A stretch of 63,831 nucleotides of DNA, counting the filler, from Perkinsus chesapeaki ATCC PRA-425 (Eukaryota > Protista > Perkinsozoa), in the NCBI GenBank assembly GCA_013115145.1. It is 7 parts of 7 records of this genome, joined end to end, with 100 filler letters (N's around TTAATTAATTAA, not from the genome) between each part and the next. Parts side by side here need not be neighbours in the genome. Positions count along the whole stretch, not along the records: positions 1 to 19,620 come from JAAPAO010000636.1; positions 19,721 to 26,128 come from JAAPAO010001087.1; 5 more parts are not named here. The stretch is one strand, 5' to 3'. How positions within the stretch are numbered: position 1 is the stretch's first letter; each line of letters opens with the position of its first letter. The position numbers and the translations under genes were made by a program. The notes under the pieces were generated by a model, which was not told the DNA's origin, searched no databases, and saw nothing but the letters and a program-made list of their open reading frames with translations. Shown here one piece after another: positions 11,907 to 23,200 of the stretch.

Positions 11907-12598
11907 GAATGTAGAGCATGATAATACGTTTATGGCAGATGGTTCAAGAAGTCTTGGACGGTTCTTTGTAGCCATTCAAGCTGAACCATTCTACCATTGG
12001 CTATTGCTTCTAAATTAATTGATTTGTGTTGTTTAGTTAAAGTGCAGAGAAATGGTGGACTGTCCACTGCGACACTAGTAGTGCTATAGTATCGAAGCTA
12101 GATGTTCATTATGTAACAGACTGTTACGTGTCTTTGAACACGGTGACTGTTTGTATGTTGCAGGATGATACACAAAGAGACATTGCATCATCATGATTAT
12201 TTAGGGAAGCACGTATGCTTGGAGGTATGGCTCGAGTCACTTTAGTATTTGTGTAGCCATACACCAATCTTTCTCTTTCTCTGGCGTGTTGCCAGCGGTC
12301 GATTGGCGACTGGATATGTATATGTGGGTATTATGTGTTTATATATATCGATGCCTATCTTGTCTGTCAGACACCACACGAACTGCTTTAACCAGATGAT
12401 TAGCCCATGCACACGTCTTACTGTTGTGATGTTGATACTGTCACTCGCAAATGTATTCGTAGGCAGAACAAGCGGGATGTGAAATGACTTTGGTCCTTCG
12501 CGTTTAGACTCATTCAACACAAGAAAGCTGTTCATTATGGTTCATAAGAAACGATTTAGGAAACTTGTTATGTGATGAAATTGGCAAACTATTGGTAT

Positions 12599-14831
12599 TC
12601 AGGAAGGAGGCGGTCTCGCCCAATCTTCATCTATCGGTGTATCATCTTCTACTATCTCTCTATGATAGCTCCACACTGATTTAATAGCATCAGCAGTCCC
12701 TAGGCCAGCAGCTCTTGGATCACCACCAGGGCCTAGCCAGTGATGGCTTGGACCAAGTGCAAGGGCAGATCGAAGGCCAACATAGGTGGTGCCGTTAACC
12801 GTGGCACCGAGTACAGCATGCCTCACTTGAGGATCATCGGTTACCAGGCCAGCAGTGAGATGCGAGTCCAAGTTCTCGATGATGTCCAATAATTGCGGGA
12901 ACTGGCTGTCGCTGTATTTGGTGCAAATCTGAATGGGCGCGAGTGTCTCCTTGCTGCACAAAGCGAGGGCATCAGGGTTGCCGCTGAGCTGTTCCAATGG
13001 CACGTATAACGCAGTAGGCTCAATGAGGCCGTACCGGCGGGCAACAGAGTGATCCTCGAGGGCGCGGCCGCCGAACAGCAATCGCGCGCCTGGTAGCTTG
13101 AGTATTTGCTTAATGTGATCCAAGAGCCAAGTTGTGGAGTGACTGAGAACCGGCCCAATTGTAAGATCTGCCAAGCTTCGCTCCGCTGCGAATTTCTCCA
13201 TCTTTTGAAAGAGGCCAGCTTGAACCCAATCTTGATGAGCGAATAGCACTCCTTGAGCTGAGCAGCTCTGACCGCTGTAGGCGAAGGCATCCTCGTCACA
13301 CGCCCGGGCGACGTGATCGAGTTGGGCCGGCAGGTTCTTCACAGGGCCTAAAATCTTCCAGTCCAGCCCTGAAGTGGACACTTTAATGCGCCCATTGGTG
13401 GCCTGAATGAGACAAGGTTTACGCGACTTCTACCAAACTTCGGATCTTGCCTTAGTGAGCCGCTGGGCTGCAGCATTGGAGCCTGTGAATTGGGTCAGTC
13501 TGGGATGAGCTTTTGTCACTAGCTGCTCAGCAACACGCCGATCGCTGTGCAAGAGGTCAACATCGGTCTTGGGTGCTCCGACCTAACCCAGAAGATATAG
13601 CAACGCCACGGTGACTATCAGTTCTACACTGAGCATCAGCCTGATCCACTCCTCCATCACAACCGATGCGATGGAGGAGCATTTCAGAGTTACGTGGTTG
13701 CCCATGTAGAGGGCGCCCATCAATTGAAGGACAGGGATTGCCAGAGGGAACACGTAAGGTGTTATTAAAACTAATACGAAAGTGCCGACTGTGGGATTCG
13801 AACTTGCGACCTACCAGTAGAACCAAACGGCCATCGGTAACCTCGAGTTTCCTGTCCAACAAGGTCTCCCGGAGTAGTAATTCCCCGAGCCAGGAATCGA
13901 ACCTGCGCCCTTGATCATAACAATGACAGAACATATCCACTCACCTGATCGCCCGAGAAGTTGTCCAGGAAAACTCTGACGGTGTCGACCTCGTTAAGAC
14001 AACTCGTCCAGCTTTTAGGCGTCACTCGCTGAATGCACCTATGGGAGCTTCACAAAAGGATATCGAGCTGCTCGAGCTCACTTCGCGAAATGGTTCCTGA
14101 TTTCGGGAATCCTCAGAGCTGATGCCAGTTGACATGACACTTTTCCGTAAAGTCTATAGCGCTCCAAATGCCTCTGAAAAAGGAAGGTGCAGAAAGAGCA
14201 CAGAAGAGGCCGTCCTTACCAATGGGTTGTGTAGACCACATTTAGGCACGCTCTTCATAGATTCCAGGAACGGCTCCAGCTCAGTCTCATTGGTTTGAGG
14301 CATCTCTGCCATCACTTCACCGTTCAAAGGGTCAACCACGCTTTTGTGGGATTCTGCCCTGAGCCACTGACCGTCGACAAAGTTGTGCCTGAATGAAAGA
14401 CAACCTAGAGATTATAAATTAAAACCCGAAAGCATATGCACCAAACCACACAGATGGGAAAATGTTCCTCGGAGGCGTGGCAAATCATCGAGATAGACTA
14501 CGCTCAACAAGGTCAATATTTTATAAGAATCTCTACGTCGAATTTCTGGTTGAAATTAGAAATACTCGTAAGCCGCGAATCTTGTCACGTACAACTTCAC
14601 AGGCTCCCCACCGACTCGGAAGGGATCGAATATACTGAAACTGAGAACATCTGGTCTGGTCTCTCGCCGCTTGTGTCGTGGAGTGCTCTTCTTCTTGGCG
14701 GCATTCACACCCTCCTCCGCCTTCTCCACCTGCTTGACCGCGGCAACTGTTGATAGTTGTCGTATAAGAGGTTGACGCAGTGACGCTGATAAGGGAAAGA
14801 GTGCTCGAGTGGTTGATAGTGTATATAGCAT
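12599..14831 (-). CDS. P5CDH: Delta-1-pyrroline-5-carboxylate dehydrogenase (ALDH12 type), mitochondrial, multi-exon
   Basis: Basic/hydroxylated N-terminal presequence, HNFVDGQW, VVDPLNGE, spliced VRFLARG..PGD..GQ...GYRWPFG..VLITP..FPLAIPVLQLMGALYMGN, catalytic DAFAYSGQSCSAQ, and NGTTYVGL...P.HHW.GP.GDPRAAG.GT. Confidence 0.9.
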
Positions 14832-14943
14832 TTGTAACTGATGAGGACTTGGTCAAGTAATGAAGAAGAACACAGCCAGGAATTTGTTAGGAAACTTGAT
14901 TGCAACATATGAATGGATAAGGCTTTCATGAAGGCTACTAAAT

Positions 14944-16416
14944 CTAGTATAGCAGCAAAGTGCTTGCATTATTACGAGCTACATCAGAGTCCAGGTATCC
15001 ACCAGCGTTGGCGCGTACCACAAAGGCGCTACGGTGCATGATGGATATCAAGTTTGCGGAGGAATCTATTATCTCAACACCGTGCGTTGGTTCTCTTCTC
15101 ATATTACAAATGCGCTGATAAGCCATGGTGAGCCTTTTAAAGTCATTAAATTCGTTCTCGATTTCATGGAGACCATGACCCGGGTAAGAGTATGATGTAC
15201 GTCCTCGAGGAGCGTCGGGTAGTGTGACCCTCTTGGACCACAAACCGTGCAACAGAACTGACATCGACGTGGTGACCCCAGTCCGCATGAGGTCGAGAAA
15301 AGTTATATTAGGAGAGCTCTCAAGAAGGTCCAATAGCATACCTTCCATTACCATCCACCCTGCTATTTTCAAGACACGTAAAGGCGCAGGGCTGATAGTC
15401 TGGAGAGCGGCAAAGTAGGCCTCTAGAAAACAACTGTCAGATATATCAGTGATATCCGACAAGTCAAGCCATTGCAGTCGAGGGTTCGAGCCAAGCCACT
15501 GGAATGTATGCAACATCTCCTCATCAGACATAGCCAAGTGAACTCCCCGAATCTCAAGTTTGACAAGATTGCTGCAGGGCTTCAGACTACACTGGACGAA
15601 GTGGTCGGACATGCTGTAATTTTCAAGGCTGAGAGATGTTAATGTTGCAGATAGTGCAACGTCGAGTGGAGGTATGCCAGAAGGCGCATTAACCGTGATT
15701 GCATGCATGGAGCGCAGGCTGCGACACTCCTGAACAGACTGCTGAAAAAGGCGAAGTCCATGAAGGCTGTCTTGCTCATAAGTGATCGTAAAGCCAAGGT
15801 CCTGTAAAGAATGTCTTGTGATCGGGGAACAGCAAACAGCTGCTACCAAGGGTATAGGGACCTTCGTAAGATCTAATCGGAGAACTCTCCACGGCCTCAG
15901 CTGAGTCTCATCGTCCAACCAACCATGGCCCTCAATTGAAATACAGGTCCAGGACAGCAACAGCTCTACAAGGTTTGGTAGCTTCGAACAGCACAAAGAC
16001 ACACCGTCATCGTCGATTTCTTCACAGAATGAGAAATTTAATCGAACCAACTTAACAATGTTATCCAAAAGCCTTTCGGATGGTCTCATGTAAGGTGACG
16101 TGATGCTCTTGAGGTTCGGGTAATAACCACTTCCCACAGCCTCTTCAAGCTCTGCTTCACAACCACCCCACAGCACAGCAGCCTCGCCTATAAAGCCGCC
16201 AAAAGTCTCCAACAGGGCCACGGGTAGCTTTCCAGTGCTTCTACACACAGTGAGTTTCAGCACACCATAACCATCTCGACATCGAAAGTGTAGATGGTTC
16301 AAGACAGACCGTCGCCAACTTTGACAAACCGATGATAACCAAACTGCATCGGAGACATCCTCGACAAGCCAAGGGAGGATACAACCAATGAGGAGTTCGT
16401 CGTGGAGCTGCGACAT
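14944..16416 (-). CDS. F-box/leucine-rich-repeat protein, paralog 1, intronless
   Basis: N-terminal F-box-like MSQLHDELLIGCILPWL...SSVCQSWR, followed by RNI-like LRRs (LVRLNFSFCEEIDDDGV, LQWLDLSDITDISD, ITFLDLMRTGVT). The Met start is at 16416; the ORF track extends to 16500. Confidence 0.8.
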   Translation of the reverse strand: MSQLHDELLIGCILPWLVEDVSDAVWLSSVCQSWRRSVLNHLHFRCRDGYGVLKLTVCRSTGKLPVALLETFGGFIGEAAVLWGGCEAELEEAVGSGYYPNLKSITSPYMRPSERLLDNIVKLVRLNFSFCEEIDDDGVSLCCSKLPNLVELLLSWTCISIEGHGWLDDETQLRPWRVLRLDLTKVPIPLVAAVCCSPITRHSLQDLGFTITYEQDSLHGLRLFQQSVQECRSLRSMHAITVNAPSGIPPLDVALSATLTSLSLENYSMSDHFVQCSLKPCSNLVKLEIRGVHLAMSDEEMLHTFQWLGSNPRLQWLDLSDITDISDSCFLEAYFAALQTISPAPLRVLKIAGWMVMEGMLLDLLESSPNITFLDLMRTGVTTSMSVLLHGLWSKRVTLPDAPRGRTSYSYPGHGLHEIENEFNDFKRLTMAYQRICNMRREPTHGVEIIDSSANLISIMHRSAFVVRANAGGYLDSDVARNNASTLLLY

Positions 16417-16760
16417 GAGTCTAAGACTGAAAGAGTACAGCAGCATTCGACGGTTGAATAACTCTCCAGTAGGTAGGGGGCTGCAAGGCTTGCAGTGCAA
16501 GCCTGTGCAATGAAAGTATGGTCCCGGTACTGAGTGAATCTCGCTGAGCGGAATGGTTTCATCAATAGAGGGAGATTACAAATCACATGGACTGTGTACT
16601 TGACTGAGAGCTAGAGCTAGAACCAACATGAACACGAACAGCAGATAGTTATGAAAGTGGATTATAACGGAGTATCGGCTGATGCCATCTCTAAACAATA
16701 ACGCTGGTAATCCATGTTACATTTACGGTAAGATATGCCGACACGCGCAGACTATTAAAA

Positions 16761-18239
16761 TCAATACTGTGGAATAGAGGTCGATAAAGAGCCTATCTTC
16801 GGGGCTAGATGCCCTCTACTGCTAGTCGGCAAGACAATGGTCCGCATCGTCCCTTTACACGACGAAGCTATCAAGTTTCCAAACGAATCGATTATCTCCA
16901 CGCTGTGGGTTGGTTGTCTTCTCATTGCTCGAATGTCTCGATAAGCGACTTTGAGCCTTTCATATCCATCGGTAACTTCGTTCGCAATCTCTTCTGCGCC
17001 ATGAATAGGACAAAGGAAGGATGTACGGTCTCGAGGAGTGTCGGACAGTCTAACTCTCTTGGACCACAAACCGTGCAACAGAACTGACATCGACGTGGTG
17101 ACCCCAGTGTGCATGAAATCAAGGAAGGTTATATTAGGAGAGCTCTCAAGCAAGCTCAAAAGCATATCTTCCGTTATCTTCAATTCAGCTACTTTCAAAA
17201 CACGCAAAGGCGTTGGGCTGGCGGTCTTGAGTGCCGCGAAGTAGTGTCCTAGAAAGGTACTGTCAGATATACCGCGAACATCCGACAAGTCGAGCCACTG
17301 TAGTCGAGGGTGCGTACCAAGCCACTGGAACATGTCTTGAAGCTCTTCAACAGACATCATTAAACGAGCTCTTGGCAGCTCTAGCTTAACAAGGTCGTCA
17401 CAGAATTTAAGACCATGGTAAAAGAAGTTATGCGAAACCTTGATGCTGGCAAGGTGGAGGGTCATGAGGGTGATGGGCACCGCTATCTCTACATTCGGCT
17501 TCCGGTAGAAGCCCCCATTCAGCCCGAACACGTGCAACGATTGCAAGTTGCTGCAGGTTCTGAGGGAATACTGCAAGTGTCGGAGCTCAATAGGATTGTA
17601 TTCATCATGGATGATGTCGAAGCCAAGCTCCACCAAAGATATCTTCGTCACTGCGTAGCAACAAACGGCTACTATAAGCGCCAAAGGAACCGAAGTGGCG
17701 TCTAACCGGAGCACTCTCCACGGTCTAATCGTGGTGTCGCCGTCCAACCAACCAAGGCCGGTAACGTTGGTCCATGACACCAACAGCTCTAGAAGGTTTG
17801 GTAGCTTCATACAGCACAGTGTTACATCGTCATCGTCGACGTCTTCACAGAATGACAAATCTAATCGAACCAACTTGACTATGTTGTCCAACAGCCTTTC
17901 AGACAGTCGTAAGGTTTCGGATGCGATACTCTTCAGGTTTGGACAATAACCATTTTCGATAGCTGCCTGAATCACCTCAGAATCACCATCCATTAGGACG
18001 GTCACTTCGCCTACCAAATCACCAAAGGCTTTCCATAGGCTGGCTGGCGGGGTCTTTAGATGTGCACCCAAAGTGAGTTTCAGTACACCATAACCATCTC
18101 GACATCGAATGCGTAGATGGTATAAGATAGACTGTCGCCAACTTTGACAAACCGATGATAACCAAACTGCATCGGAAACATCCTCGACAAGCCAAGGGAA
18201 GATACAACCAATGAGGAGTTCGTCGTGGAGCTGCGACAT
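16761..18239 (-). CDS. F-box/leucine-rich-repeat protein, paralog 2 (tandem duplicate), intronless
   Basis: Colinear with 14944-16416, with a near-identical F-box N-terminus and the same LRR register. Confidence 0.8.
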   Translation of the reverse strand: MSQLHDELLIGCIFPWLVEDVSDAVWLSSVCQSWRQSILYHLRIRCRDGYGVLKLTLGAHLKTPPASLWKAFGDLVGEVTVLMDGDSEVIQAAIENGYCPNLKSIASETLRLSERLLDNIVKLVRLDLSFCEDVDDDDVTLCCMKLPNLLELLVSWTNVTGLGWLDGDTTIRPWRVLRLDATSVPLALIVAVCCYAVTKISLVELGFDIIHDEYNPIELRHLQYSLRTCSNLQSLHVFGLNGGFYRKPNVEIAVPITLMTLHLASIKVSHNFFYHGLKFCDDLVKLELPRARLMMSVEELQDMFQWLGTHPRLQWLDLSDVRGISDSTFLGHYFAALKTASPTPLRVLKVAELKITEDMLLSLLESSPNITFLDFMHTGVTTSMSVLLHGLWSKRVRLSDTPRDRTSFLCPIHGAEEIANEVTDGYERLKVAYRDIRAMRRQPTHSVEIIDSFGNLIASSCKGTMRTIVLPTSSRGHLAPKIGSLSTSIPQY

Positions 18240-18434
18240 GATTGAAAGACTAAAAGGCCAATTACGTATCAACACTGAAACAGTAGTTGGTAAGAAGCTG
18301 TGAGCCAATACGATAAATGAAAGTAAGATACGACATGGTCGCAGAATAGATAGGCCGATCGCGCCTATCAGTCACCATGTACAAGAAGAAACTCTTGATT
18401 GATTATTCAAATAATCACAATACTTTAACATGGA

Positions 18435-18864
18435 TCACTGCTCTGCAGGTTTGGCCTCCTCCTCCTTCTCCTGCTGCTGTGATTTCTCGGGGGTTGTTCC
18501 GCTTGCAGCTTCCTGTACTTTACCAGCAACCTCGCCGGCTTTAGCTGCAGCTTCGGTGACCTTCTCGGCAGATCCCTCGCCACCTGAGATGATGATCTCC
18601 ATGCAAACCCGCCAGCAGAGTTGCTAACCTATTGCATCGACGGCCGTCTTTGCCTTATCATCTTGCATGACCTCACCAGCATCTAAAAGATGACCCTCAA
18701 AAGACATAGAGAGTTCACATGCACCCACTGGCAGCAGCCTCCTTAACTTCACCGGCCTTCTGAGCAACCTCGGCAACCTTCGAGGTTGTATCTTCAGTGG
18801 CCTTGTCGGACGAACTGCTGAAGAGGTTCTTGATGCTTTTAGTGAACTTTTTGAACGCGTCCAT
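18435..18864 (-). CDS. Small hydrophilic LEA-like protein (~113 aa, 3 exons; absent from the ORF track)
   Basis: Spliced over two GT-AG introns: MDAFKKFTKSIKNLFSSSSDKATEDTTSKVAEVAQKAGEVKEAAASDAGEVMQDDKAKTAVDAIGGEGSAEKVTEAAAKAGEVAGKVQEAASGTTPEKSQQQEKEEEAKPAEQ*. Confidence 0.75.
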
Positions 18865-19371
18865 TTGCTGATATACCAGAACTACCAGAACTTCGTCGGG
18901 GAGCGTTCGGTCACTCTCTATCGAGTATAGTTCAATTTAATAAGGATGGTCGCGTGCGTGACAATCGGATGCGAATAATCAAATCAAGCAGTTTCCCAAT
19001 CATATACTAATTTAGTAACAGTAATTTTTAAAGCAATGAAGAGCGCAATGACGCACTGGATGTACGCATAAAAATGCTCTGAAAGGCACGCCAATGCAGA
19101 AACAATTTAAACGAATGTTTGAGAAAGAAAACCAAAAATAGGCACAATGCAAGGAACAGGTACAACTTGCCGACTTTGCAACCTAAGATATTCTTCCCTT
19201 CCTTATTTCACAAGCTTGTTACACAACATAAAGGTGCGGTGAAAGATTATATCGATTCGGATTATGTGAAATGAATGTGACCTAATAATGGTCAGATGTG
19301 TATATTAAAAGGCGGTTACAGAGCCTCAAAGGAGGCTTCAAGACTGCCTGGAACACCAAATACGGAGATAA

Positions 19372-19620
19372 TTAATTGGAGGAATCTTCTTCACGACGCC
19401 CACGTCCAAACATTCTTCTCGGCCGCTGACCATCACCTTGATCCTGCTGGTCACCAAAGCCTCCGTCCTGCTGTTGCTGATCATCGGTCTGGTCCTGTTG
19501 TTGGGCACGGAAACGGCCACCAAAGCCACCGTCTTGCTGCTGCTGGTCACCAAAGCCACCGTCTTGCTGCTGCTGGTCACCAAAGCCACCGTCTTGCTGC
19601 TGCTGGTCACCAAAGCCACC
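19372..19620 (-). CDS. 3' end of a Gly/Gln-rich repeat protein (GGFGDQQQQD units), truncated by the contig edge
   Basis: 30-nt tandem unit GGTGGCTTTGGTGACCAGCAGCAGCAAGAC. The frame reads (GGFGDQQQQD)3-GGFGGRFRAQQQDQTDDQQQQDGGFGDQQDQGDGQRPRRMFGRGRREEDSSN*. Confidence 0.65.
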   Translation of the reverse strand, partial: GGFGDQQQQDGGFGDQQQQDGGFGDQQQQDGGFGGRFRAQQQDQTDDQQQQDGGFGDQQDQGDGQRPRRMFGRGRREEDSSN

Positions 19621-19720
19621 NNNNNNNNNNNNNNNNNNNNNNNNNNNNNNNNNNNNNNNNNNNNTTAATTAATTAANNNNNNNNNNNNNNNNNNNNNNNN
19701 NNNNNNNNNNNNNNNNNNNN
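19621..19720. other. Artificial contig linker
   Basis: 44 N + TTAATTAATTAA (stops in all six frames) + 44 N. Confidence 0.97.
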
Positions 19721-20118
19721 TGCAGTGGTAGTAGCGACAGAAGATGTGGTCGTCGTGGTAGTGGAAGATGTGGTCGTAGTGGTAGTAGAAGATGTGGTCG
19801 TAGTGGTAGTAGAAGATGTGGTCGTAGTGGTAGTAGAGCACGTGGTCGTAGTGGTAGTAGAGCACGTGGTCGTAGTGGTAGTAGAGGATGTGGTCGTAGA
19901 GGTAGTAGATGTGGTCGTAGTGGTAGTAGCGGATGAGGTCGTAGTGGTAGTAGAGGATGAGGCCGTAGTCGTAGTGGTCGTAGAAGATGAGGTCGTAATG
20001 GTAGTTGATGTGGTCGTAGTGGTAGTAGAGGATGAGGTTGTGGTCGTACTGGTAGTAGAAGATGTGGTCGTAGTGGTAGTAGATGTGGTCGTAGTGGTAG
20101 TAGAAGATGTGGTCGTAG

Positions 20119-20119
<1 letters not shown>
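19721..20119 (-). repeat. Thr/Ser-codon minisatellite; downstream half of the mucin-like ORF
   Basis: Units of ~21-24 nt (ACTACCACTACGACCACATCTTCT) encoding TTTTTTSS variants. Confidence 0.9.

Positions 20120-20150
<31 letters not shown>
20118..20150 (-). repeat. (AAC)11 3' tail of the LINE
   Basis: (GTT)11 on the + strand, directly between the 3' UTR and the target repeat. Confidence 0.85.
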
Positions 20151-20158
20151 GGAGTTTT

Positions 20159-20192
20159 ACGTCCGACGCCGAAAAACGGCTTGGTCAGACGT
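20159..20192 (-). promoter_or_regulatory. 3'-UTR stem-loop of the LINE
   Basis: ACGTCTGAC-CAA-GCCG-TTTTT-CGGC-GTCGGACGT: a 9-bp outer stem (one G-U pair) plus a 4-bp inner stem, 8 nt upstream of the tail. Confidence 0.6.
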
Positions 20193-20282
20193 CCCTCCCC
20201 TATCCGCCAAAACGGCTTCAAGGGAAAACAAACCAAGAATACGAAATGCCATCAAGTAAAAATTTCAAGATAGATGCTCAGT

Positions 20283-23200
20283 TTAGTTTCTTGCTTGTAC
20301 AGATCTTTCTAAATGGCAAGCAAATTTTAGCATATCCTTTATTCTAAGCTCGCTCACCGTAAGTTGTCGAAAACTACCGAGAGGTTCAACCCAAGCAGGG
20401 CGCTGGCTAGCTCGAGGCTCAGCGTCACAAAAGAAGACAGCATGCCTCACATTGTCTAATTGCATACAAGTATCACAGAGATAGCTCCGATGACCGGGTC
20501 TATACTTGTAAGAGTTCAGCGCAGTAGTATGACCAACCAACAGGCGACAAAGAGGGCCTCCGTCAGACCGATGATGTACCACTTTCAGCAAATTATTAAG
20601 CTGAAAAGGTGTCGCCAAAGCCTCAGCAGTATCTCCAGATAGGCGACGAAGTCGTTCACGTTTGGACCTTTCAAAATAATCCAGTATGTAATCCTTCGTG
20701 CATGAGATACTGGAAGGAAGCTTAGTAATACACGGCAAAGATCTGGCTTGATTTGCAAGCAAGTCAACCTTTTCATTGCCTTCAGAACCAGAGTGTCCTG
20801 CAATCCAGTAATAAGATACCTTTATACCACGGGCAGAGCAAATAGTGTCCAGATTCCTTATTTGGTTAAGTAAGTCAGAAGTTCTGCACGTTTGTAAAAG
20901 CTGCAGACCAGACCTACTATCACTAAATAAGGTCACCTCACAAGCGCTAAGATTATCAACAATCCATCTCAGACACATGCTGATGGCCATAAGTTCAGCA
21001 TGCATGATGGAGATGTTAGTAGAGAGTCGTTTCCCTTCAAAGTGGGAAGCCCCATCCTCCTTCTTAATGAAGAAAGCGGCCCCAACTGAGAGCGCCATTT
21101 TTGAATTATGCCTGATCATAGAACCATCAGTATATGCCTTCCATGGGGTTAGCACTTGTTTCTCCCGTTCAAGGGTGGAGGTTTTATCATCACCAATTAC
21201 TATACGAGAGACCAAGTCACATGACATATACGGATCAGCGCCAAGCCTATCTCCACGGTAGTCGGGGGGAAAGCCAAAGGCAGCCAGGATCTTGTCAATC
21301 TTTGCTCTTTTAACTACCGCTCTTTTACCAATCATATCATTAAAGGAAGCCTTATGGTAGTGGATAGTAATAGCTTTACCCAGCAGAATATCACTTAAAG
21401 GGGGATAGCCCGATAGGATATATACATAATCTAGTGGAGTGGAGCGCCTTAACCGAAGAGCCCCCCTTAGGAAGGTATTGGCAGCTGTATCAATAAAATC
21501 CCTCAGGTAGGACATACAAAGAGAGGCACCATAGACTTCAATGCCATAGCTAACTCTAGGTATAAATATCTTTTCACAAATTTGGAGGCAGCGGAAAGGC
21601 GTTAATCCAACTTCTTGCTTAATATATCTAAGTACAGCCGAGTTCAGCTGCAAAGCAAGCAGAACTCTGTGTCTAAGGTGTGGAAGGAAGCCAAGCCTCT
21701 GGGTCAAGATGACTCCCAGGACATTTAATTCCTTCACTAGGCCAGTAATATCACGAAGATACAAGCTGCGGATATTGGACATAACATGACACTTCGAACG
21801 CTCCAGGCTCAGATTTGACACCTGAGCTTCTTCTTTAATAATATTGTAGGCTGACTCGATATCTGCTGCAATTTGTTCTGCAGAGACGCCTGATGACCAG
21901 GCTAGAAGAAGATAACAGTCGTCGGCATAGCATATCCACTTCCATTTCACATTTTTAAATCCACGTATCAACCTCTCATTCACTCTCTTGGGGATATCAC
22001 CCGAGCCAGAGATGAAGAGGAGAGGCGAGAGGCCACCCCCTTGAGGACATCCTTTATCAGGCGCTGACTTTTTAAATATAGTTCGCCCACCATATCTGAC
22101 CCTGGCGCCACGATCACCTAACCAAGACCTGATCCAATTAACTATATAGCTACAGGCGCCAGCTCCTTCAAGGGCCCGCACGATATCAATATGTCGTATT
22201 TCACCAAAAGCATTACTGTAGTCAGTGCCAAGAACAGCCCAGCGTGCATTAGAAGTAATCCAGGATATGATATTCTGAACAACTCCAATAGTACCCCGAC
22301 CTTTAACGAAACCAAATTGGACACCGTTATCATAGAACTGCTTACTCACTGCAGTCAATCTATCAAGTATCAGGAATTCGGCAGCTTTACCTAAGGTATT
22401 GGTTAGGGAGATGGGCCGCACGGACTTTATGGAGCGAGGGTCTTTACCATTCTTATTAATAAAGACTACCTCGGAGAACCTCCAGGCCGGAAGCACATAC
22501 CCACTCGCAACCGAGTAGGAAATAATGCGAAGCAACTCGTCTACGAAGCAGGTCGGCAGATTTTGCAGACACCGCAGCCTTATACCATCTTGACCTGGCA
22601 TCTTATCTTTTGACGCAAACCTCATTTTAACCACCTTAGTAAATTCCTCATTCTTAAAGGGGGGAAAGTCTGTATCGGAGACATCAGAACCAAGGCGCGT
22701 ATCACCTTCTGAGATTGTATTAAAGAAAGCGTCATAGTCCAGATCCACAGCGCCAACATATGTAGAAGCCAAACGGCTCAGAGAGGAGTCCAGATCATAG
22801 TCACCTTCGAAAATTCTACAAGGAGGAGAGGGTGCTCTTCTAATCTTATTATATAGTTGTCGGTCTTGGAGATCAGATATACCAGATATATACGAGCAGA
22901 AGGCCTCATGCTTCTTCATGTTAATACTCCTACGGTACTCATTCCTACAGCACCGATATTCCTCATATCGTCCTTGACGATGCAGCCGTTTTAGCTTCTT
23001 TCTCAGGTTACAGAGCTCGTCGTCCCACCAAGGCAGTGTATTACCCTTTCTAGCTTTTGCTCTAGTGCCACTAGGACGAAGTGGACACGAGCTCTTAAAA
23101 GCACCCTGTATTAATTTAACCAGCAAGTCATAGCGATGACGCAGATCTCGAATATTAGCTATGTCGTCCTTGCAAAGCAGATATTCATTATTCTTCAAAA

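Noticed and set aside
11968-11980. GTAGCCATTCAAG, resembling the dinoflagellate/perkinsid spliced leader
   Set aside because: Only a partial match, located downstream of a stop codon rather than upstream of a gene; no SL RNA context.
19296-19668. AGHQSHRLAA, LLLLVTKATV and VALVTSSSKT repeat ORFs
   Set aside because: These are other frames of the 30-nt repeat. The GGFGDQQQQD frame has synonymous-type variation and a sensible stop.
20120-20236. ORF from the LINE 3' UTR fused to the downstream Thr repeat (187 aa in the track)
   Set aside because: It starts at TTG, with no in-frame ATG after the upstream stop, so there is no support for a real fusion protein.
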